Positions 26,773-32,000 of a stretch of DNA of 32,000 bases are shown here, piece by piece; the first letter of the stretch is position 1, and the number at the start of each line of letters is the position of its first letter. Origin of the DNA: Geotalea daltonii FRC-32 (GTDB taxonomy: Bacteria; Desulfobacterota; Desulfuromonadia; Geobacterales; Geobacteraceae); assembly GCF_000022265.1 (NCBI RefSeq), contig NC_011979.1:3030001-3062000 (forward strand), given 5' to 3'. The notes beneath the pieces are model-generated. The model saw only the letters and a list, made by a program, of their open reading frames with translations. It did no database searches and was not told where the DNA came from. The position numbers and the translations under genes were made by a program.

Positions 26773-27048
26773 ATGAACAAATCTGAATTAATTGAGGCTC
26801 TGGCCGCTAAAAAAGGTTTGTCCTACAAAAAAGCTGAGGAGATAATAAACTCCATTTTTGAATCCATGACCAATGCGCTTTTGACTGGTGACAGAATTGA
26901 GATCAGGGGATTTGGCAGTTTTGTCGTCAAGTCTTACCAATCCTATATGGGAAGAAATCCAAAAACTGGCGAATCCATAGCCGTCAAATCGAAAAAACTG
27001 CCATTCTTCAAGGTCGGTAAAGAACTCAAGGAAAAGGTTTCCGGCTGA
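26773..27048 (+). CDS. ihfB: Integration host factor beta subunit (HU/IHF family)
   Basis: MNKSELIEALA....GDRIEIRGFGSFVVKSY....GRNPKTGESI.......PFFKVGKELKEKV parallels E. coli IHF-beta (RIEIRGFGSF, GRNPKTG, FKPGKELR). I place the start at ATG 26773, after the GGTGGAGG SD sequence. Confidence 0.88.
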   Translation: MNKSELIEALAAKKGLSYKKAEEIINSIFESMTNALLTGDRIEIRGFGSFVVKSYQSYMGRNPKTGESIAVKSKKLPFFKVGKELKEKVSG

Positions 27049-27112
27049 CTTTGTTGTTTCGGTTTTTAATTGCTGACAGCATTTAAAATATGGTTATTAC
27101 TGTGTTAATTAC

Positions 27113-28705
27113 ATGAGAGTCTTCCTTCTAATTTTTATTTTATCTTTAGTCTCTGCCCAGGCTTTGGCCAATCCCACGCAAACAGGTGTCACAGGGCTTA
27201 TCAACGTTCCAACCGCTGATACCCTAGATGCCGGTAATATTTGCGTCGGTGTGTGGGGAAATGTCGGTAAAGCAGCAGGCAAAGACTTTGCAATTATGCC
27301 TGCTACGATCACTCTCGGTATAGGCTCATTCTGGGAAATTTACGGAACATACCCGAACCTGCTGTTCAATGGTCAAGAAAGCAGGTCAGGTAGGGGAACC
27401 GCTGACATCGGCTCCAAAATCAGATTTTTCGGCAAGCGCAATTCAAATATTAAACTTGCCGGCGACGTATTTTTACAGAGACATGTTTCCGAAGATATGA
27501 CCATAGATGGCGCCACCGATATCGGCGGAAGGCTTATTGCGTCATTGAAAATGGATCCTGTGAGTTTCCATCTCAACGGCGGCTACCTGTCAACCGATGC
27601 TGGTGAAAAGGAATATATCTATGGTGGCGGAGTTGAATATCTTCTTACTCCAAAAACCAAACTGACCCTGGAATTAACAGGAAAGGGTTCGGCTCCTGTC
27701 GAAGCACTTGCCGGTTTGCAATATTATCTATCACCGCATCTTACTTTGAATTTGGCAGGTGGAGGGGGCATTACAGCCGGTAGCCCCGACTGGCGAGCAA
27801 TTGTAGGTTTCAGCACTTGTCAGGGGGTTGGTAATTATATCAAAACAATACCGACAATTGCTTCCGAGGAAGAGGAAAAAGATAAAAAAGCCCAGGTGGT
27901 CAGGCCGGTTAAAATAATGCCAATCAGTTCCTTGATCAAGACGGCATTGCCAGCTGTACCGGTTAGCAAACTGGAAGTACCTGTTGACCCTGATAAGGAA
28001 GAAATCGTTATAAAACCCTTCGGCCAGATAGTAATTCCTGCGCAACCGGTTGCTCCTCCTGTCGTTTTACCTCTGATGTCCCGTGAGCCTAAAGTGCAGC
28101 CGGTACAACCGAAAGTCCAGCCGAAGGTTCAGCCAGTAGTACAACCCAAGGTTCAGGAACCTAAAATAACCAAGCTGGAAACTGAAATAACGGTAGAACC
28201 TAAAAAGGAAATTCCCGCGAATCTTAATCCCATAGAGGAATCATCAGCTGAAGGCGTTTCGCCACTTTACGGAATTGAGACCAGGGGGGACAGCCTGGAA
28301 ATATCTACCGCCAAGGCTGCACCCATTGCGACCAAGATGCTGGTTTATCGCAAATTCCGCTTTGCCGACATCATGTTCGAATTCGGCCAGGCGGATTTAT
28401 CCAACGAGGTTAAAAAATCCCTGTCCGAGGTGGCAGAACAGGCGCGTGCTGACAAGCATTGGACCTATATGCGCATTGACGGCCATACCGACAGTATCGG
28501 CTCAACTGGCTACAATATGGACCTTTCCGTTAAACGGGCAATAGCCATAGCCAGCTATTTGATCATCAAAGAGGGCATCGATCCTTCGAAGGTATTTATT
28601 AAAGGGCTTGGCAAATCAAAACTGATAGGTGACAACAGCACCACCGAGGGACGAAGGTTGAACCGGCGTTTCGAGATTCTTTTCCTGGTGCCGAAGGGTA
28701 AATAA
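27113..28705 (+). CDS. OmpA-family outer-membrane protein: signal peptide, N-terminal beta-barrel-like domain, Pro/Val/Gln-rich linker, C-terminal OmpA-like peptidoglycan-binding domain
   Basis: 530 aa. The signal peptide is MRVFLLIFILSLVSAQALA. The N-terminal ~230 aa alternate in beta-strand fashion. The C-terminus has OmpA_C motifs: FEFGQADL, RIDGHTDSIGSTGYNMDLSVKRAIAIASYL, GLGKSKLIGDN and GRRLNRRFEILF. Confidence 0.85.
   Translation: MRVFLLIFILSLVSAQALANPTQTGVTGLINVPTADTLDAGNICVGVWGNVGKAAGKDFAIMPATITLGIGSFWEIYGTYPNLLFNGQESRSGRGTADIGSKIRFFGKRNSNIKLAGDVFLQRHVSEDMTIDGATDIGGRLIASLKMDPVSFHLNGGYLSTDAGEKEYIYGGGVEYLLTPKTKLTLELTGKGSAPVEALAGLQYYLSPHLTLNLAGGGGITAGSPDWRAIVGFSTCQGVGNYIKTIPTIASEEEEKDKKAQVVRPVKIMPISSLIKTALPAVPVSKLEVPVDPDKEEIVIKPFGQIVIPAQPVAPPVVLPLMSREPKVQPVQPKVQPKVQPVVQPKVQEPKITKLETEITVEPKKEIPANLNPIEESSAEGVSPLYGIETRGDSLEISTAKAAPIATKMLVYRKFRFADIMFEFGQADLSNEVKKSLSEVAEQARADKHWTYMRIDGHTDSIGSTGYNMDLSVKRAIAIASYLIIKEGIDPSKVFIKGLGKSKLIGDNSTTEGRRLNRRFEILFLVPKGK
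28088..28165 (+). repeat. In-frame degenerate tandem repeat encoding PKVQ-PVQ-PKVQ-PKVQ-PVVQ-PKVQ-EPK within the OmpA-family linker
   Basis: Read directly from the DNA: cct aaa gtg cag ccg gta caa ccg aaa gtc cag ccg aag gtt cag cca gta gta caa ccc aag gtt cag gaa cct aaa. Synonymous codon variation between units argues for an old, selected repeat. Confidence 0.9.
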
Positions 28706-29131
28706 ATGAGAAGTCTCTTTTTTATCTGCTTCCTACTGATAATAAGTAGTCATGGGCTGGTTTTTGCTGAAGAGGATAACAGTTTCTTGGAAGACTCCCT
28801 GTTGGTCGGAGAAGCAGTCGTAAAATCGGAATCTTTCAAGAAAGACAAAAATGCCATGCGCCGCGTGGATGCCATGGTCCCTCTTTTAAGAAAACTGGGT
28901 AAGGGAAAGGTTGTGAGGATTGAGGGAAGCTTCGCTCCAAGCCTGAACAGGGCTGAAAAAGTCACAAAATCACTGAACCTTGCCAAGGAAGTGGAACAGT
29001 ATCTTCGTCAGAAGCACAAGCTACCCCTTGACTTGTACATAGCCACTCAGGATGATATTGTTGATAAGCATTCACGAAAATCTGTACGGATCCTGGTTTT
29101 TCAGACGGAATTCAGCGAGGCCAGATTATAA
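28706..29131 (+). CDS. Secreted small protein with degenerate OmpA-like domain (peptidoglycan-contact residues not conserved)
   Basis: 141 aa. The signal peptide is MRSLFFICFLLIISSHGLVFA. The ATG directly abuts the upstream TAA. VVRIEGSFAPSLNRAEKVTKSLNLAKEVEQYL...SVRILVF aligns without gaps to the neighbour's YMRIDGHTDSIGSTGYNMDLSVKRAIAIASYL...NRRFEILF. Confidence 0.6.
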   Translation: MRSLFFICFLLIISSHGLVFAEEDNSFLEDSLLVGEAVVKSESFKKDKNAMRRVDAMVPLLRKLGKGKVVRIEGSFAPSLNRAEKVTKSLNLAKEVEQYLRQKHKLPLDLYIATQDDIVDKHSRKSVRILVFQTEFSEARL

Positions 29132-29164
29132 AAATTGCACCCGAATTTCAAAGGGAGAAATACC

Positions 29165-29800
29165 ATGAAACAGTCTTTATTTTCCTTTGTCATATGCATG
29201 CTCCTTATAACAGGTTGTTCTCACAAGGTAGTGCCTGTACCGGTAGAGTCGGGTGTAATTGATTCAAAACAGCTCGCCCAAACCATTGCCAGGGAAAATA
29301 TCTCCATAACTGCGGGCAGCGCCGAGTCACATCTTTATAGTTATAACCTTGACGGCGCCGTATCCGCTTTTTCCCTTGTCATAGACAATCTGGGCAGTGG
29401 TGAAGTGGCTGTCGATCCGGGTATGTTCCTGCTGGTTGATGACGAGGGAAACCAGTATTTCCCCCTAACCCCGGAGAAGGTAAAGGAGATTATCTCAAGA
29501 GACTCCTATTATCTTATCCCCTATCCATATGTGGGTTTTTATTATCTCGAAGATTATGAAAAATCCTCCTTTTACAACACATTTACCTCTGAAAAACCTT
29601 ATTATTATGAGGTCTATCCCCAGGATATCTACACCAAAGCCTTGGCTGGCGGAACACTGATTCCCAAGGCCAAGATGTCGGGGCTGGTCTACTTCAAAAT
29701 CAACCTGAATGGCAAAAAAGGTGTGAAATTACTTGTATATAAGTCAGGAACATCTAAATCCGCTCCAGCCGATTTTACCTTTCCCTTCAAAATCGAGTAA
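29165..29800 (+). CDS. Lipoprotein of unknown function with Tyr-rich segment
   Basis: MKQSLFSFVICMLLITGCSH is a signal peptide with a lipobox (LITGC). I place the start at ATG 29165, after the SD sequence AGGGAG. I recognise no family. Confidence 0.7.
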   Translation: MKQSLFSFVICMLLITGCSHKVVPVPVESGVIDSKQLAQTIARENISITAGSAESHLYSYNLDGAVSAFSLVIDNLGSGEVAVDPGMFLLVDDEGNQYFPLTPEKVKEIISRDSYYLIPYPYVGFYYLEDYEKSSFYNTFTSEKPYYYEVYPQDIYTKALAGGTLIPKAKMSGLVYFKINLNGKKGVKLLVYKSGTSKSAPADFTFPFKIE

Positions 29801-29821
29801 CACAGCCGGAGAACAGCTTCC

Positions 29822-31507
29822 ATGCCTGTTTCCTTCCTGATGGAGGCACTAGGCGGTCTTGGGCTCTTCATACTCGGTATGAAGTTCATGTCCGAAGGAC
29901 TGCAGAAACTGGCCGGTGAAAAGCTCAGGCAGGTCCTGGAAAAAATTACCGGCAATCGCCTTACCGCCGCCCTTACAGGGAGTGCATTGGCCTCTCTGCT
30001 CCAGTCTGGCAGTACCGCATCCATCATCGTCATAGGATTCGTCAATGCCGGACTGATATCATTGTATCAAGCCCTGGCAGTCCTTCTCGGTACCGGCTTG
30101 GGCACTACCATCGCTATCCAGTTCATTGCCTTCAAAATTTCCTTTTTCGCCTTGCCGATAATTTTTGTCGGGGTCATCTTAAGGTGCTTCAGCAGCAGAA
30201 GGCGCTGGGTTAATGCCGGAACTCTGCTTTTGGGTGCAGGTCTGGTTTTTTTCGGCCTCCATCTTATGGAAAACGGTTTTGCTCCTTTAAAAAACAATAC
30301 CCTCATCCACGGACTGGGTCAGCACTTTCTTGCCTGGCGATTGCCGGCCATGTTGCTGGGAGCTGTTCTCTCGTTCTTAATGCAGTCCAGCAGTGCTGCA
30401 ATAGGCATTGTCATTGCCGTCGCCAGCAGTGGTCTGATAGGTTTCGACACTGCAGTGGCCATGGTCATCGGCGAATCACTCGGAAGTTCCCTTATCGCAG
30501 CTATTGCCTCTATAAATGGTACTCTGACGGCAAAGAGAACCGCCCTTATCTACATCATCGTCAACCTGATTGCCATCAGCCTCGCCATGATCGTCTTTCC
30601 TCTCTTTCTTCAACTGGTCAGGTCCTTTTCTCCAGGGGAGGCTGACCTCACCGTACGCGGTATTCAAACCCTGAATGTTTCTCCGCTCGCTTCCGAAACA
30701 AAGCCTTTTATTGCCAGACATCTGGCCAATGCCCATACTATTTTCACTGTTTTCTCAGTCTTCTTGTTTCTGCCGTTGGTGGGTTTTTTTGCCAGATCGG
30801 CGTCAATCATCGTTCCCGGCAGGGAAGGTGAAGGGGACATGGATCCCCGTCCGCGATTTCTTGACCATAGGGTAGTAAATACCCCAACCATTGCTCTTTT
30901 ACAGGCAAAAAACGAGATCAAAAGAATGGCCCAGGTTGCCGGTACCATGTTTTTGGAAATGGCAGAGCAGTTCAACAGTTTCAATGTCCGCACTGCCAGC
31001 CGCCTCAAACAGAAGGAAGAACTTCTCGATATACTGCAACGGGACATTTCAGCATTTCTTATCACCCTTTCACGGCAACAACTCTCCACGGAAAATGCCA
31101 TGGAAATACCTGCCCTGCTTCAGCTCATCAATGATCTTGAACATCTGGGGGATCAGGTTGAAGCTATCATGGAGTATATGCGACGGAAAAAAGAGGACAA
31201 ACTCAGATTCTCAGGTGCGGCCATGTCCGAGATCAGAACCTTGTCAGCTCTTGTCTCACAGGTGGTAACGGTGGCAGTAGGTTCACTTGATACCCTACCG
31301 ATATCCTCGGATAGGGATGATCTGGAAAAGGTCATGGCTGAGATCGAATCTACACTGGCAACGCTACACCTGAGTCACATAAAAAGACTTCACAGTGGCA
31401 AATGCAGTGTCATAGCAGGTCTGCTTTTCTCCGATATCATCGCCTCCTTTGAGAAAATTGCACAGATTGCATACAACACGATCAAAACAAGCAGGGACTT
31501 GAAATGA
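29822..31507 (+). CDS. Na+/phosphate cotransporter family protein with C-terminal PhoU-like domain (NptA/YjbB type)
   Basis: 561 aa. The N-terminus EALGGLGLFILGMKFMSEGLQKLAGEKLRQVL is typical of Na_Pi_cotrans repeats. Multiple TM segments follow, and the soluble helical C-terminal ~220 aa resemble PhoU repeats. Confidence 0.88.
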   Translation: MPVSFLMEALGGLGLFILGMKFMSEGLQKLAGEKLRQVLEKITGNRLTAALTGSALASLLQSGSTASIIVIGFVNAGLISLYQALAVLLGTGLGTTIAIQFIAFKISFFALPIIFVGVILRCFSSRRRWVNAGTLLLGAGLVFFGLHLMENGFAPLKNNTLIHGLGQHFLAWRLPAMLLGAVLSFLMQSSSAAIGIVIAVASSGLIGFDTAVAMVIGESLGSSLIAAIASINGTLTAKRTALIYIIVNLIAISLAMIVFPLFLQLVRSFSPGEADLTVRGIQTLNVSPLASETKPFIARHLANAHTIFTVFSVFLFLPLVGFFARSASIIVPGREGEGDMDPRPRFLDHRVVNTPTIALLQAKNEIKRMAQVAGTMFLEMAEQFNSFNVRTASRLKQKEELLDILQRDISAFLITLSRQQLSTENAMEIPALLQLINDLEHLGDQVEAIMEYMRRKKEDKLRFSGAAMSEIRTLSALVSQVVTVAVGSLDTLPISSDRDDLEKVMAEIESTLATLHLSHIKRLHSGKCSVIAGLLFSDIIASFEKIAQIAYNTIKTSRDLK

Positions 31508-32000
31508 CAGAACTTAAAGCATCAATTGATCTTGGAACAAACACCGCTCGTCTGCTGATCGGCTTCAAGGAAGATGAACATACAATCAGGCAGGTACTCC
31601 TGAAACGGCAGATTACCAGACTCGGGGGAGGCTTTACCCGTGAAAGCGGAATTTCACCAGAAGCTGAAGCCAGATCTCTTGCCGCCATGCAGGAGTTCGC
31701 TGGCGAAATCCTGCGCCACAACGTCGGCAAAATCCGTGCTGTTGCCACCAGCGCCGTCCGGGATGCGACTAACGGAGCTGAATTTTGCCGCAAGGTCTTT
31801 GATGAAACGGGTATACAGCTTCAGGTCATTTCCGGTGAACAGGAGGCTCTTTTTACCCTGCGCGGCGTACTGGCTGGCCTTGATAACAAAAAAGGGAAGT
31901 TCCTCGTTTTCGACGTGGGTGGTGGCAGCACCGAATATACCCTTGCTGAAGACAGCTTGCCGGTTTTCACCCGGAGCCTTCCCTTGGGTGTGGTGCGACT
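31504..32000 (+). CDS. ppx: Exopolyphosphatase / Ppx-GppA family phosphatase, N-terminal 165 codons (3' end cut by window edge)
   Basis: This ORF is not in the supplied track because it runs off the window. Its ATG overlaps the upstream stop (ATGA). The ASKHA phosphate-binding motifs are IDLGTNTARLLIG and FDVGGGSTEY, plus AVATSAVRDATNG and ISGEQEA. Confidence 0.85.
   Translation, partial: MTELKASIDLGTNTARLLIGFKEDEHTIRQVLLKRQITRLGGGFTRESGISPEAEARSLAAMQEFAGEILRHNVGKIRAVATSAVRDATNGAEFCRKVFDETGIQLQVISGEQEALFTLRGVLAGLDNKKGKFLVFDVGGGSTEYTLAEDSLPVFTRSLPLGVVR

Noticed and set aside
1-32000. Whole-window scan for CRISPR repeats, tRNA/rRNA genes, IS elements or terminal inverted repeats, toxin-antitoxin pairs and known defence-system signatures.
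   Set aside because: I saw no regularly spaced direct repeats, no cloverleaf-like or rRNA-like conserved segments, and no transposase, integrase, nuclease-helicase or small overlapping TA-like gene pairs. Intergenic gaps are short (at most about 250 bp).

Overview
This window looks like an ordinary core-genome stretch, not an accessory island. The gene order (purN-purM / rimI / pyrK-pyrD / epmB / epmA-efp / infA / rlmD / TPR / ihfB / OmpA) and about 50% G+C resemble what I recall from Geobacter-type Desulfuromonadales; that taxonomic guess is inference only. I can support 30 protein-coding genes, two of them cut by the window edges. I also call two intrinsic terminators, three sigma-70 promoter candidates, one sigma-54 promoter candidate and one in-frame tandem repeat. 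I found no rRNA, tRNA, CRISPR array, transposase, phage gene or recognisable defence gene.

Gene content in order:
- Housekeeping: glnD (partial), xerD, an ApgM-type metalloenzyme, fbp and a small Cys4/acidic protein.
- Signalling: an orphan sigma-54 enhancer-binding response regulator, converging on a soluble hybrid histidine kinase plus a REC/HD-GYP operon.
- Efflux: an RND adaptor and pump with no outer-membrane factor.
- Directly after the pump: a stand-alone FliK-C-like / FlhB-CC-like gene pair and a small TPR protein.
- Housekeeping again: purN-purM, rimI, pyrK-pyrD, epmB / epmA-efp, infA, an AT-rich orphan ORF, rlmD, a TPR protein and ihfB.
- Envelope cluster: an OmpA-family protein, a degenerate OmpA-like protein and a Tyr-rich lipoprotein.
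- Phosphate: a Na/Pi-PhoU transporter and ppx (partial).

The best candidates for undescribed biology are:
1. The soluble FliK-C / FlhB-CC pair, which mimics the type III export specificity switch and is appended to an RND efflux operon far from any flagellar gene.
2. The OmpA-family protein followed by a paralogous OmpA-like domain that has lost both peptidoglycan-contact residues.
3. Two orphan small proteins at 5376..5651 and 23988..24392.

None of these can be shown to be novel without database searches, and I see no clear-cut new system.
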